A model generated the notes under the pieces. It worked only from the letters and a program-made list of their open reading frames with translations. It was not told the origin of the DNA and did no database searches. Of a DNA stretch of 64,000 nucleotides, positions 20,703 to 30,015 are shown piece by piece. The position numbers and the translations under genes are program-made. Location: assembly GCA_017397955.1 (NCBI GenBank), contig JAFQHL010000045.1, positions 104,764-168,763 of the forward strand. The letters are read 5' to 3'. This DNA comes from Clostridia bacterium (lineage in GTDB: Bacteria > Bacillota > Clostridia > Oscillospirales > CAG-382). How positions within the stretch are numbered: position 1 is the first letter of the stretch; each line of letters begins with the position of its first letter.

Positions 20703-20936
20703 GTCTTCACCCCTTGGCAATCTGTTGACACAATTATACCACCAAATCGCTTACTTTTCAATCTAAAAAAGCTTTTTGCCACGGCAAAAAGCTACATCTG
20801 ATACCTTTTCACTATTCACTATTACTTATTACTTCCAAAAAAATTCCCTTGCAGAGATTAGTGAAGAGTTAAAAGTGAAGAGTGAAGAGTGAAGAGGTAA
20901 AAAAATACCCTCGGAACAAGTCCGAGGGATTTTTCT

Positions 20937-21179
20937 GGTTGCGGGAGCAGGATTTGAACCTACGCCCGTTTGCGGTGCCCGAAAAAATCTTCGCATCCGT
21001 GGGTGCTTGATTTTTTCGACCGCGGCACCCAAAACTCCTCGCTGTATCCGCCGCAGGCGGCGCCTCGGAGTTTTGACCTCCGAGTTATTCGCCCTTCGGG
21101 CTCATAACCCGTCGGTCGTAGGTCACCAAACTTATAAATCAAAACGAAAAAACCACCCTGTAGGGGTGGTTTTTCATTT
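20937..21179 (+). repeat. 28-nt exact copy of the tRNA-fMet 3' end followed by structured repeat copy A
   Basis: 20937-20964 is identical to 21181-21208. 20965-21179 holds the core CCCGTTTGCGGTGCCCGAAAAA, long helices, an anticodon-arm look-alike (21096-21123) and a terminator hairpin (21147-21171). Confidence 0.85.
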
Positions 21180-21256
<77 letters not shown>

Positions 21257-21305
21257 AAATATATGACACGGTCAACCCCCGAGGGGAGACCCTGTATTGT
21301 TAAAA

Positions 21306-21394
21306 TGGTGCCGGAAACCGGGCTTGAACCGGTACGAGATTTGAGTCTCACGGGATTTTAAGTCCCGGGCGTCTGCCAATTCCGCCACTCCGGC
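21306..21394 (-). tRNA. tRNA-Leu (anticodon UAA), long variable arm, CCA encoded
   Basis: The reverse complement reads GCCGGAGTGGCGGAATTGGCAGACGCCCGGGACTTAAAATCCCGTGAGACTCAAATCTCGTACCGGTTCAAGCCCGGTTTCCGGCACCA. Anticodon stem CGGGA/TCCCG with loop CTTAAAA. Confidence 0.93.
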
Positions 21395-21473
21395 GTCAGC
21401 AAAGAGTATTATAACCTAAAGCCCCTCGTTTGTCAAGCCCTTTTTTAAGATTTTTGTGTTTTACTTTTCGACA

Positions 21474-22073
21474 TTATGCAAAAAGCTCCATTTTATACAG
21501 CTTGTTTATCCCTTCACAGGCGGTGTAGCCTATGTGAAACTCCGCAGGGATTTGCGGGTGTGAGACTGAGAACCGTCTGCCGTTCATCTCTGCAAAAATT
21601 GTACCGTCCTTAACCTCAACAGCCATATCAATAAGGCTTCCGTCTTCAATTTTAAAGCTTTCCGCAAGAATTTTAGTGGGTCTTACGGGGTGCTCTGTTC
21701 TTTCGGGGCAGGGGACGATGTACCATATATTACAGCCCTGCTCCCAAGCCACCACCTCAAAATGCACGCCGTAAAACAGATGCTTTTTGCCGTCCTTGCC
21801 CACAGCCTCGCTTATATCGTTGCCGAACACAATGATGGGCGCGCCGTATTTGTGGAAGTCGCACTTCGCTCTAAGCTTTGCGCTCTTATATGTATCGGCG
21901 GATATAATGCTTATGTATTCGTAGTCCTCTAATCCTTCGTCGTAGCGGTTAACAAGGCAGTTCTCCTGCTCCTCAAATGTAGGGTAGCTTTTTACAATGG
22001 GCGAGTAGACATACATAAAATCCTTCTGCCAGTCCGATGTTCCCCCAAAATCATAGCTCTTAAACATAAGCAT
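21474..22073 (-). CDS. hypothetical protein
   Basis: 199-aa ORF with host-like composition; no family recognised. Confidence 0.5.
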   Translation of the reverse strand: MLMFKSYDFGGTSDWQKDFMYVYSPIVKSYPTFEEQENCLVNRYDEGLEDYEYISIISADTYKSAKLRAKCDFHKYGAPIIVFGNDISEAVGKDGKKHLFYGVHFEVVAWEQGCNIWYIVPCPERTEHPVRPTKILAESFKIEDGSLIDMAVEVKDGTIFAEMNGRRFSVSHPQIPAEFHIGYTACEGINKLYKMELFA

Positions 22074-22080
22074 CCCTCCT

Positions 22081-22479
22081 ATGAGCTATTATATCGCAAG
22101 CGCCGCCGTTTTGCAACAGCAAATTGACATTTTCAAAGGTGAGGGTTATAATCCCTCCGTAGGAGGTGCGGCTATGGGCTGTTTAATAGAGCTTTTTTGC
22201 GAGGTCGTTTTTGAGATGTTTGGTTTTGCCTACATAAAGCTCATGACTATGATAATCCCCAAAAACAGGCTTGCTCAGGCAAAAGAAGCAAAACTGCGCA
22301 AATTTGTTACGGTCTATGCGGTAGTACTGGCGCTTGCGGTGGTGGAAGGCTTGTTAATGTTGCTTTTCGATAACCAAGGTGTAAACCGTGCAGGCGGCTG
22401 CATTGCGTATATTTCCGCAGGGCTTATAGTATTGCAGGTTATTGCAGGTCTTGTTGTCAAACTCGTTACAGACAAATAA
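22081..22479 (+). CDS. hypothetical small membrane protein
   Basis: Hydrophobic segments (VYAVVLALAVVEGLLMLLF, AYISAGLIVLQVIAGLVV). The start is uncertain (22081 or the internal Met near 22174). Confidence 0.4.
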   Translation: MSYYIASAAVLQQQIDIFKGEGYNPSVGGAAMGCLIELFCEVVFEMFGFAYIKLMTMIIPKNRLAQAKEAKLRKFVTVYAVVLALAVVEGLLMLLFDNQGVNRAGGCIAYISAGLIVLQVIAGLVVKLVTDK

Positions 22480-22506
22480 ATCATAACCGTTTGCTATTGC
22501 AGACGG

Positions 22507-22989
22507 TTATTTTGTTATAATAAGTGAAACAAGAATACTTGGCATACTGCCAAGCACACTTCCCAAAAGATAACTCCAAAACGGAAAACCTGCATTTCCC
22601 ATACACATCCCAACGGTTTTGTAAGGTATAAAACGCACACAGCACAAAACCAATGCGGTGAAAAATCCGCCGGAAGCGGGCAGGTTTACCGATGCACAGC
22701 CCGAAGCTCCTTTGTGTTTTCCAAAAAAATAAGAAAACGAAAACACCAATGCACTGCCGCAGATGCACATAATTAAGCCTTGGCGAAAGGGAAGCACCAT
22801 TCCGCAAAGGAGATATATAAACGACAGCGGCGGAAACACCCCCAAGGCACAAACACCGAAAAGCACTGCGATAACACAGGCGGCACGTATGGGCGTGGCG
22901 GCAATCAACAGCAAAAGGGGGCGGCTTTGGTCTTTGTACAGATAAAGCATAAGGGTAACAAAAACCGTGCTGAAAACCAAACGCCGCAT
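22507..22989 (-). CDS. TVP38/TMEM64 (DedA-like) family membrane protein
   Basis: 160 aa, polytopic; the pattern ...GVFPPLSFIYLLCGMVLPF...FSYFFGK resembles the SNARE-associated/TVP38 family. Confidence 0.5.
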   Translation of the reverse strand: MRRLVFSTVFVTLMLYLYKDQSRPLLLLIAATPIRAACVIAVLFGVCALGVFPPLSFIYLLCGMVLPFRQGLIMCICGSALVFSFSYFFGKHKGASGCASVNLPASGGFFTALVLCCVRFIPYKTVGMCMGNAGFPFWSYLLGSVLGSMPSILVSLIITK

Positions 22990-23095
22990 AAACTGTTTTC
23001 CTATAAAAACACCTCCCGTATTACAGCAGTTAACAATTATATGCAGCAGCGCGCCTAAATATTAAATAACGGCTTAAATTATTTGTCATATTCTA

Positions 23096-23124
23096 TTGCA
23101 ATTTGATAATTATGTTGTTATAAT
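23096..23124 (+). promoter_or_regulatory. sigma-70-type promoter of the dTDP-sugar cluster
   Basis: TTGCAA (23096-23101), 17-nt spacer, TATAAT (23119-23124). Confidence 0.6.
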
Positions 23125-23160
23125 GTAGTTTGATGAAATGGGAAAGGATGTGTCCGAATA

Positions 23161-24027
23161 ATGAAAGGTATAGTTCTTGCAGGCGGCAAGGGTACAAGGC
23201 TTTATCCCCTTACAATGGCGGTTTCCAAACAGCTTTTGCCTGTTTATGATAAACCCCTTATCTATTACCCTCTTTCCACACTTTTACTTGGCGGTATAAA
23301 TGAAATACTTATTATTTCCACACCTGCAGATATAGAGGATTACAGAACGTTGCTTGGTGACGGTTCGGGGTTTGGCGCAAAGCTTTCTTACGCTGTGCAG
23401 GAAACACCCCGCGGCTTGGCTGATGCGTTTATTATAGGCAGGAACTTTATCGGTGACGACAGCGTTTGCCTTATCCTTGGTGATAATGTGTTTTACGGGC
23501 AGGACCTTACCCGTATACTACAGCGCGCGCTTAAGCGTACGGAAGGCGCAACAATTTTCGGCTATCCCGTTAAGGACCCTCGCGCCTTTGGCGTTGTGGA
23601 GTTTGATGAGAACAAAAAGGTTGTTTCAATAGAAGAAAAACCCGCAAAACCCAAGTCCAATTATGCGGTGCCCGGTCTGTATTTCTATGACAACCGCGTG
23701 TGCGAGATTGCCGCAAACGTTAAACCTTCCCCTCGTGGTGAGATAGAGATTACTTCCATAAACAACGCATATCTTGAGATGGGGCTTCTTAATGTGGAGC
23801 TTATGGGCAGAGGTATGGCATGGCTTGATACAGGCACGCCCGACGGTCTTTTAAAGGCGGCTATGTATGTGGAAGCAGTGCAGTCCAGACAAGGCTTTTA
23901 CATAGCCTGCCTTGAAGAAATAGCGTGGAGACGAGGTCTTATCACCAAAGAGCAGCTAAAAGCAGTAGGCGAAAAGCTTAAGATGACGGAATACGGTCAG
24001 TACATACTTTCACTTGTGGAAGATTGA
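23161..24027 (+). CDS. rfbA: glucose-1-phosphate thymidylyltransferase
   Basis: [18 protein letters not shown]...[20 protein letters not shown] is the canonical RmlA N-terminus; 288 aa. Confidence 0.95.
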   Translation: MKGIVLAGGKGTRLYPLTMAVSKQLLPVYDKPLIYYPLSTLLLGGINEILIISTPADIEDYRTLLGDGSGFGAKLSYAVQETPRGLADAFIIGRNFIGDDSVCLILGDNVFYGQDLTRILQRALKRTEGATIFGYPVKDPRAFGVVEFDENKKVVSIEEKPAKPKSNYAVPGLYFYDNRVCEIAANVKPSPRGEIEITSINNAYLEMGLLNVELMGRGMAWLDTGTPDGLLKAAMYVEAVQSRQGFYIACLEEIAWRRGLITKEQLKAVGEKLKMTEYGQYILSLVED

Positions 24028-24041
24028 GAGGATATAACGTA

Positions 24042-25097
24042 ATGAAAAATATACTTGTAACGGGCGGCGCGGGCTTTATAGGCAGTAATTTTGTAAAGTA
24101 TATGCTTAATGAGCATAGCGAATACCGCATAGTGAACATAGATGCACTTACTTACGCAGGTAATCTTGAAAACCTTGCAGATGTTAAGGAAGGTACAAAC
24201 TACCGTTTCGTTAAATGCGATATTAGGGACAGCGCGACTGTGGAAAAGATTTTTGCGGAAGAGAATATCGACACCGTTGTTAACTTTGCGGCAGAAAGTC
24301 ATGTTGACCGCAGTATTGTGGACCCGCAGGCGTTTTTGACCACTAACGTGCTTGGCACACAAGTGCTTCTTGATGCGGCTAAAAAGTTTTGGAAGCTGAA
24401 TCCCGATGATAAGTATGACAGAAGTTTCCGCGAAGGCGTAAAGTATCTGCAGGTTTCCACCGATGAGGTTTACGGCGCGCTGGGTAAGACGGGTATGTTT
24501 ACCGAAACAACGCCACTTTCTCCCAACAGCCCCTATTCTTCCTCTAAGGCATCTGCAGACTTGTTTGTAAGAGCATATCACGAAACTTTCGGTCTGCCCG
24601 TTAATATTACCCGTTGCTCTAATAACTACGGGCCTTATCAGTTCCCGGAAAAGCTCATTCCCCTTATGTTGAATAACTGCATAAAGGGTAAGCCCTTACC
24701 GGTATACGGCGACGGCTTGCAGATTAGAGACTGGCTACACGTAAGCGACCATTGCAAGGGCATTTACACCGTTCTAGAGAAGGGTAGGGTAGGCGAGGTT
24801 TACAATATCGGCGGCAATAACGAAAAAGCTAATATAGAGATAGTAAAGCTTATAATAAAAGCGGCAGGCGCATCTGAGGAGCTTATAACTTACGTTAAAG
24901 ACCGCCCCGGTCACGACCGTCGCTACGCAATAGATAACACCAAAATCACCACAGAGCTTGGTTGGGCGCCCGAGTATACCTTTGAACAGGGTATAGCGGA
25001 AACAGTAAAATGGTACCTTGATAATCAGGAATGGACCGAGCACATCATCAGCGGTGACTATGCAAACTATTACGATAAAATGTATAAAAACGCGTAG
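24042..25097 (+). CDS. rfbB: dTDP-glucose 4,6-dehydratase
   Basis: MKNILVTGGAGFIGSNF, STDEVYG, YSSSKASADL (YxxxK). The start is set at 24042 after GAGAGGA. Confidence 0.93.
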   Translation: MKNILVTGGAGFIGSNFVKYMLNEHSEYRIVNIDALTYAGNLENLADVKEGTNYRFVKCDIRDSATVEKIFAEENIDTVVNFAAESHVDRSIVDPQAFLTTNVLGTQVLLDAAKKFWKLNPDDKYDRSFREGVKYLQVSTDEVYGALGKTGMFTETTPLSPNSPYSSSKASADLFVRAYHETFGLPVNITRCSNNYGPYQFPEKLIPLMLNNCIKGKPLPVYGDGLQIRDWLHVSDHCKGIYTVLEKGRVGEVYNIGGNNEKANIEIVKLIIKAAGASEELITYVKDRPGHDRRYAIDNTKITTELGWAPEYTFEQGIAETVKWYLDNQEWTEHIISGDYANYYDKMYKNA

Positions 25098-25114
25098 GTA
25101 GAGGTGAAAAACAA

Positions 25115-26248
25115 ATGATTCCTTTTAATCGTCCCCCTTTTGTGGGCAAGGAAACAGATTATATAAAAGAAGCTATAGCCGCAGGTAAAATATGCGGCGA
25201 CGGCGCATTTACCAAAAAGTGTAACAAGTGGATAGAGGAAAAAACTGGCACCCCCAAAGCATTGCTCACCACTTCCTGCACCCACGCTTTGGAGATGGCG
25301 GCACTGCTTGCGGATATCAAAGTCGGTGACGAGGTTATTATGCCCTCCTACACTTTTGTTTCCACCGCAGATGCTTTTGTTCAAAGAGGCGCGACAATAG
25401 TATTTGTGGATGTGCGCCCCGATACTATGAATATAGACGAAAACCTTATAGAAGCGGCAATCACACCCAAGACCAAGGCAGTTGTTCCCGTTCATTACGC
25501 AGGTGTTTCCTGTGAGATGGATACCATAAACGCCATAGCCAAAAAGCACGGGCTTTGGGTAGTTGAAGATGCGGCACAGGGTGTTATGGCAAGCTATAAA
25601 GGCAAAGCACTGGGCACTATTGGTGACTTTGGCTGTTACAGCTTCCACGAAACCAAGAATTACAGTATGGGCGAAGGCGGCGCTTTGCTTATCGGTAGAG
25701 AAGACCGAATAGAACAGGCAGAAATAATCCGCGAGAAGGGTACGGATAGAAGCCGCTTCTTCCGCGGACAGGTGGATAAATACACTTGGGTGGACTATGG
25801 CTCCTCCTATCTGCCCAGTGATATGAACGCCGCTTACCTTTATGCACAGCTTGAGGAGGCAGAAACAATTAACAATGCCCGCCTTTCTGTTTGGAACCGT
25901 TATTACAATGGGCTTAAAACCTTGGCAGATGCAGGCAAGATAGCTTTGCCGGTTATCCCGGAAGGTTGTGTTCACAACGCACATATGTTTTATATTAAAG
26001 CGGCTGACCTTGCACAAAGGACTGCGCTAATTGCCTCTCTTAAAGAAAACGGCGTGGGCAGTGCGTTCCACTATATCCCCTTGCACAGCGCACCCGCAGG
26101 CATCAAGTTCGGCAGGTTCCACGGCGAGGACAAGTATACCACGGCAGAAAGTGAAAAGTTACTACGCCTGCCCATGTATTACGGCTTGACAGACGAAGAA
26201 GTAGAAAAGGTAATTTCTTCGGTATTGGAGTTTTATAAAACAGTATGA
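25115..26248 (+). CDS. wecE: dTDP-4-amino-4,6-dideoxyhexose aminotransferase (WecE/RffA family, DegT/DnrJ/EryC1 fold)
   Basis: Near-colinear with E. coli WecE as I recall it: MIPFNRPPFVGKE..CGDGAFTKKC..W, EVIMPSYTFVSTA, VDVRPDTMNIDE, SFHETKNY (PLP Lys), IREKGTDRSRFFRGQVDKYTW, NAHMFYIK. Confidence 0.85.
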   Translation: MIPFNRPPFVGKETDYIKEAIAAGKICGDGAFTKKCNKWIEEKTGTPKALLTTSCTHALEMAALLADIKVGDEVIMPSYTFVSTADAFVQRGATIVFVDVRPDTMNIDENLIEAAITPKTKAVVPVHYAGVSCEMDTINAIAKKHGLWVVEDAAQGVMASYKGKALGTIGDFGCYSFHETKNYSMGEGGALLIGREDRIEQAEIIREKGTDRSRFFRGQVDKYTWVDYGSSYLPSDMNAAYLYAQLEEAETINNARLSVWNRYYNGLKTLADAGKIALPVIPEGCVHNAHMFYIKAADLAQRTALIASLKENGVGSAFHYIPLHSAPAGIKFGRFHGEDKYTTAESEKLLRLPMYYGLTDEEVEKVISSVLEFYKTV

Positions 26249-27354
26249 AAAAGATTGCAATAATAGGCGCAAACAGTTTTCAGAACAGGCTCATATTAAA
26301 GGCTAAAGAAATGGGCTACGAAACCCATGTTTTTGCTTGGCAATGCGGCGATGTGGGTGAGACTACTGCGGATTTTTTCTACCCCATAAGCATAGTGGAA
26401 AAAGAGCAGATATTGGAAGAATGTAGAAAAATAAAGCCCGACGGTGTTGCTTCCATAGCATCGGATTTGGCGGTTATTACCGTAAACTATGTGGCAGAAG
26501 CTTTGGGGCTCACCTGTAACGACTATAAGGATAGCATTATATGTACCAACAAGTACGAAATGCGCCGTGCCTTTATGGCAGGCGGCGTACCTGTACCAAA
26601 GTTTTTAAAAGTAAGCACTACTCCTGCGGAAGAAGAGCTTGCAGGCTTCAGTTATCCTCTTATAGTTAAACCTACCGACCGTAGCGGCAGTAGAGGCATA
26701 ACTAAGATAAACTCTTACAGCGAGCTTGCCGCAGCAGTAGAGGCTTCTGTTTGCCACAGCTTTGAGAAATGCGCGGTTATTGAAGAATTTATAGAGGGCA
26801 ACGAGTACAGCTGTGAGTGTGTTTCATATAACGGTAAGCACCATTTTCTTGCCCTTACAAAGAAGTATACCACGGGCGCACCTCATTTTATAGAGACAGG
26901 GCACTGCCAACCATCCGACATTCCGGCGGAATATCAGAGCGGCATAGTTAAAAGCATATTCAAAGCCCTTGACAGTCTTAATATCAAAAACGGCGCATCA
27001 CATTCCGAGTTCAAATTGCTCACAGGCGGCGATATACGCATAATAGAGATAGGCGCACGCATGGGCGGTGACTGTATCGGCAGTGACCTTGTGTACCTTT
27101 CCACGGGCGTGGATTTTGTGGGCGCGGTAGTGGATATCGCCTGCGGTAACGCCCCCGACCTTGAGCCCAAGCACGCACCTCAAAAAGCGGTCATACGCTT
27201 CCTGTTTGATGAGGCAGACCTTGCGCTAGTTGACGAGGCAAAGGCGGACAGCACTAAGAATATTGTGTTTGTAAGCGATATTGACAAGGAGAATATGGGC
27301 AAGGTTACAGACAGCTCTACCCGTATGGGTTATTACATTTATACACAAGCATAA
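26245..27354 (+). CDS. ATP-grasp domain protein (carboxylate-amine ligase-like)
   Basis: Rossmann-like pre-ATP-grasp N-terminus; YPLIVKPTDRSGSRGI, EEFIEGNEYSCE, IIEIGARMGGD. The start overlaps the wecE-like stop (ATGA). Confidence 0.75.
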   Translation: MKKIAIIGANSFQNRLILKAKEMGYETHVFAWQCGDVGETTADFFYPISIVEKEQILEECRKIKPDGVASIASDLAVITVNYVAEALGLTCNDYKDSIICTNKYEMRRAFMAGGVPVPKFLKVSTTPAEEELAGFSYPLIVKPTDRSGSRGITKINSYSELAAAVEASVCHSFEKCAVIEEFIEGNEYSCECVSYNGKHHFLALTKKYTTGAPHFIETGHCQPSDIPAEYQSGIVKSIFKALDSLNIKNGASHSEFKLLTGGDIRIIEIGARMGGDCIGSDLVYLSTGVDFVGAVVDIACGNAPDLEPKHAPQKAVIRFLFDEADLALVDEAKADSTKNIVFVSDIDKENMGKVTDSSTRMGYYIYTQA

Positions 27355-27404
27355 GCGGAAGCAAATCCGCTGAGCATAAATTAAACACCTTTAAGGAGGA
27401 AAGT

Positions 27405-27773
27405 ATGGGAAAATTCGTAGTAAGAGAAACAGCAACAGGTGTAAAGTTTGACCTTAAAGCAGGCAACGGTGAAGTTATTGCAACCTCCGAAGTTTACACC
27501 ACAAAAGCCGCTTGTCTTAACGGTGTTGAAAGCGTTAAGAACAACTGTGTTGGCGAAATTGAAGACCAGACCGTAGAAAACTTTGAAAAAGTAAAGCATC
27601 CCAAGTTTGAGCTTTATCAGGACAAAGCAGGTGAATATCGTTTCCGCCTTAAGGCAAAAAACGGCGAGGTTATAGCTACCTCGGAAGGTTATAAGACCAA
27701 GGCAAGCTGTGAAAACGGTATAGCAAGCGTTAAGAAAAACGCGCCGGACGCAGAAGTTGCAGAAGCTGAATAG
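27405..27773 (+). CDS. YegP-family protein (DUF1508 tandem repeat)
   Basis: Two copies of the F.L.A.NGEVIATSE.Y..K..C.NGI.SVK repeat; RBS AAGGAGGA. Confidence 0.85.
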   Translation: MGKFVVRETATGVKFDLKAGNGEVIATSEVYTTKAACLNGVESVKNNCVGEIEDQTVENFEKVKHPKFELYQDKAGEYRFRLKAKNGEVIATSEGYKTKASCENGIASVKKNAPDAEVAEAE

Positions 27774-27784
27774 TTAAAATAAAC

Positions 27785-27810
27785 AGGACTGAGCTTTTAT
27801 GTTCAGTCCT
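27785..27810. terminator. terminator hairpin between convergent genes
   Basis: AGGACTGA-N10-TCAGTCCT followed by a T-rich tract. Confidence 0.6.
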
Positions 27811-27819
27811 TCACTTTTG

Positions 27820-28815
27820 TTATTCAAATATCTCTTTAAGTTTCGCGTTATCTTCATTGCTCAAAAAGTAGTTGCCTTGGATGTAGCCGCTTCCCAAATT
27901 GGGCTGATATTCAAAACTTACAGCAAGCCCGTTTTTAAGTGACAGCTTGACTTGGATTGCTGTTTGCTGCTTTTTGTCCAGCTTTTTGTATTCCTCGCGT
28001 GCATCACAAAGCCAGTCTGGGTCGCCGGAAAGGTTGCTTTCCCGAATATACGGCTTAAGCTTTGTAATTATCTCCGTTACGGCGGCAATCTCCTCGTAAT
28101 CTGTTACTATGGATGCTTTTTGAACTTCCATAAGAGTACCTGTGGGCACCTGTGTAATATAGCTTAGGAGTTCTACATCCTCGGCACTGTGTGCGCCCTT
28201 AACCTCAAGCACTTCGGCAATACTGTGACCTTCTTCGGAAAAACCGCAAAACTCAAACAGATTGCGGTGTCCGTTCCCTTCTACAATAATAAGCCCTTGG
28301 CAGTCAATGGGCGCGTACCAAAAGACATCACAGCCCCTCAGATTCGGCTCCTGTGAGCAAGGGCTGTTATCTGCCTTATCCCACGCACCTATCTCCTTGA
28401 CGGCGCCGAGCTTTTCCCCGTAAGCGGCAGCATCGAGCCTGCCATCCTTTACAAAAGCGCGGCATTCTGTTTCCCCAAGCTGTGTATACACCATGTTGCC
28501 CTGCAGAATAATTTCCACATGCCGTAGCTCGTCTTCCGCAAACCAATCCTCCCCGTCCGATGGGGGCGTGGCTGCAAAGGGGGAGAGCATACCGTCTTCT
28601 GTAGACACAGCAGGCGCAGAAAGCGTTTCATCGTTTGGCGGTGTTTTGCGGTCGCCTCCGATTAAAAGTAAACAGACAGCTACTGTAATGCAGGCACAGG
28701 CGGCAATAGACGCATATTTCCAAAACTTAGGCATAGACCTTTTTACAGGCTCCGCTTCGTTTATGTGACTGTCGTCGATATCTCCGATAAGCTGTAATAA
28801 ACGCTTATTTTTCAT
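27820..28815 (-). CDS. putative anti-sigma factor (single-pass membrane protein)
   Basis: Translationally coupled to the upstream ECF sigma gene. Short cytoplasmic N-terminus, one TM segment (ASIAACACITVAVCLLLIGG), large extracytoplasmic domain. Confidence 0.6.
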   Translation of the reverse strand: MKNKRLLQLIGDIDDSHINEAEPVKRSMPKFWKYASIAACACITVAVCLLLIGGDRKTPPNDETLSAPAVSTEDGMLSPFAATPPSDGEDWFAEDELRHVEIILQGNMVYTQLGETECRAFVKDGRLDAAAYGEKLGAVKEIGAWDKADNSPCSQEPNLRGCDVFWYAPIDCQGLIIVEGNGHRNLFEFCGFSEEGHSIAEVLEVKGAHSAEDVELLSYITQVPTGTLMEVQKASIVTDYEEIAAVTEIITKLKPYIRESNLSGDPDWLCDAREEYKKLDKKQQTAIQVKLSLKNGLAVSFEYQPNLGSGYIQGNYFLSNEDNAKLKEIFE

Positions 28816-29372
28816 ATTTCAATCCCTTCCTTTTCCAATAAAGCTTTTAGCTTTTTTCTGCCGCGGTGCAACAATGTTGCAACCTTTGAATGAGTAAAAC
28901 CGTACATATCCGCAATTTCAGCAACCGAGCTCATATACCAATACCGCCGCACAAACACCCGTCGCATATCAGTGGGCAAGCCTTCAAGGAAACCGTTAAG
29001 CAGTTGCTTTATGGCAATATCATCGGCAATCCGTCCGCCGTCGCTGTTTGCGGGGATGCATTCCGCAAGCTCTTCAAGGCAAAGGGCTGCCTGCCCGCCG
29101 CCGCGCTTTTCTGCCGACCGCTTTTCGTATAGTTTAAGTGACAGGTTGCGCGTTATTTTGCCTATAAAGGTTCTAAGTAGTTTTGGGCGTTGGGGCGGAA
29201 TACAGTTCCAAGTGTTCAAATAAGCTTCGTTTACGCACTCCTCAGCATCCTCGCGGTTTTCAAGTATCCCGTATGCAATGCTGTAGCAGTACTTTCCGTA
29301 TTTGTATGCGGTTGCTTTTATAGCTTTTTCATTTCTAAGCAGGTAAAGCTCAACTATTTTGTCGTCATTCAC
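28812..29372 (-). CDS. ECF-type sigma-70 family sigma factor
   Basis: Region 2 (EDAEECVNEAYLNTWN) and region 4 (SSVAEIADMYGFTHSKVATLLHRGRKKLK). Confidence 0.85.
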   Translation of the reverse strand: MNDDKIVELYLLRNEKAIKATAYKYGKYCYSIAYGILENREDAEECVNEAYLNTWNCIPPQRPKLLRTFIGKITRNLSLKLYEKRSAEKRGGGQAALCLEELAECIPANSDGGRIADDIAIKQLLNGFLEGLPTDMRRVFVRRYWYMSSVAEIADMYGFTHSKVATLLHRGRKKLKALLEKEGIEI

Positions 29373-29511
29373 GGATTTTCACATCCTTTCGTAAAGGCCC
29401 CTTACACTATAATACACCGATTTTGTGTGGCAAATATTACAAAGATATTGCAAAAAAATTTATTTGTGATAAACTAATAACGGTGGTGTGTTACACCAAA
29501 GGAGGCGTAAA

Positions 29512-30015
29512 ATGAATATAGATTTTCAGAATCCTGAATATTTAAATCTTATAAAAAGCATACGGCGCAAAAGGAAGTGCGTTATGGCGGTAATGGTTAT
29601 TTCCATACTCGCCTGCTTACCCACAGACATAAGCTTTGGTGATACGGTGATAATTGATAAGGCGTTTTCACCTTGGATTTCCGTACTGCTTGTTTTACTT
29701 TGTCTTTTCCTCGGTATTGTAGCTTATGCGGCTGTGTCTATACCCTTGCAAACAGCAATGGACAAAGATTGTGACCCGGAAAAGCATCTCGTTTTAAATG
29801 CGGCATTAACCTCAAAAACGGGTATTGATAATGTGTACGCAACGGATTATCTGTATTTGGGTTATTTTACTGAAGCGCTTGAATACGCTATGCGTATGAC
29901 CTCCAACGCTAATCCTCAAGTGTCTGTTATAGGCTGGTTCAACAAGGCCAGATGCGCTTTCATGCTTGAAACCACTTTTGTCAAGGGCAAAGTGTGTATG
30001 TTTACAATTTCTTAA
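29512..30015 (+). CDS. hypothetical membrane protein, possibly a 3'-truncated gene fragment
   Basis: Start after GGAGGCGTAAA. Two TM segments followed by a helical region. Composition changes abruptly to AT-rich right at its 3' end (~29990). Confidence 0.5.
   Translation: MNIDFQNPEYLNLIKSIRRKRKCVMAVMVISILACLPTDISFGDTVIIDKAFSPWISVLLVLLCLFLGIVAYAAVSIPLQTAMDKDCDPEKHLVLNAALTSKTGIDNVYATDYLYLGYFTEALEYAMRMTSNANPQVSVIGWFNKARCAFMLETTFVKGKVCMFTIS

Noticed and set aside
20937-21179. Second tRNA-fMet gene with an intron, or a tmRNA-like gene
   Set aside because: Only the 3' 28 nt of the tRNA are present. No 5' acceptor strand or D-arm exists. The anticodon-arm look-alike is in the opposite orientation to the 3' fragment, and the region is far too short and lacks a tag ORF for tmRNA.
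25070-26017. 315-aa minus-strand ORF
   Set aside because: It is the antisense shadow of the WecE-like aminotransferase gene.
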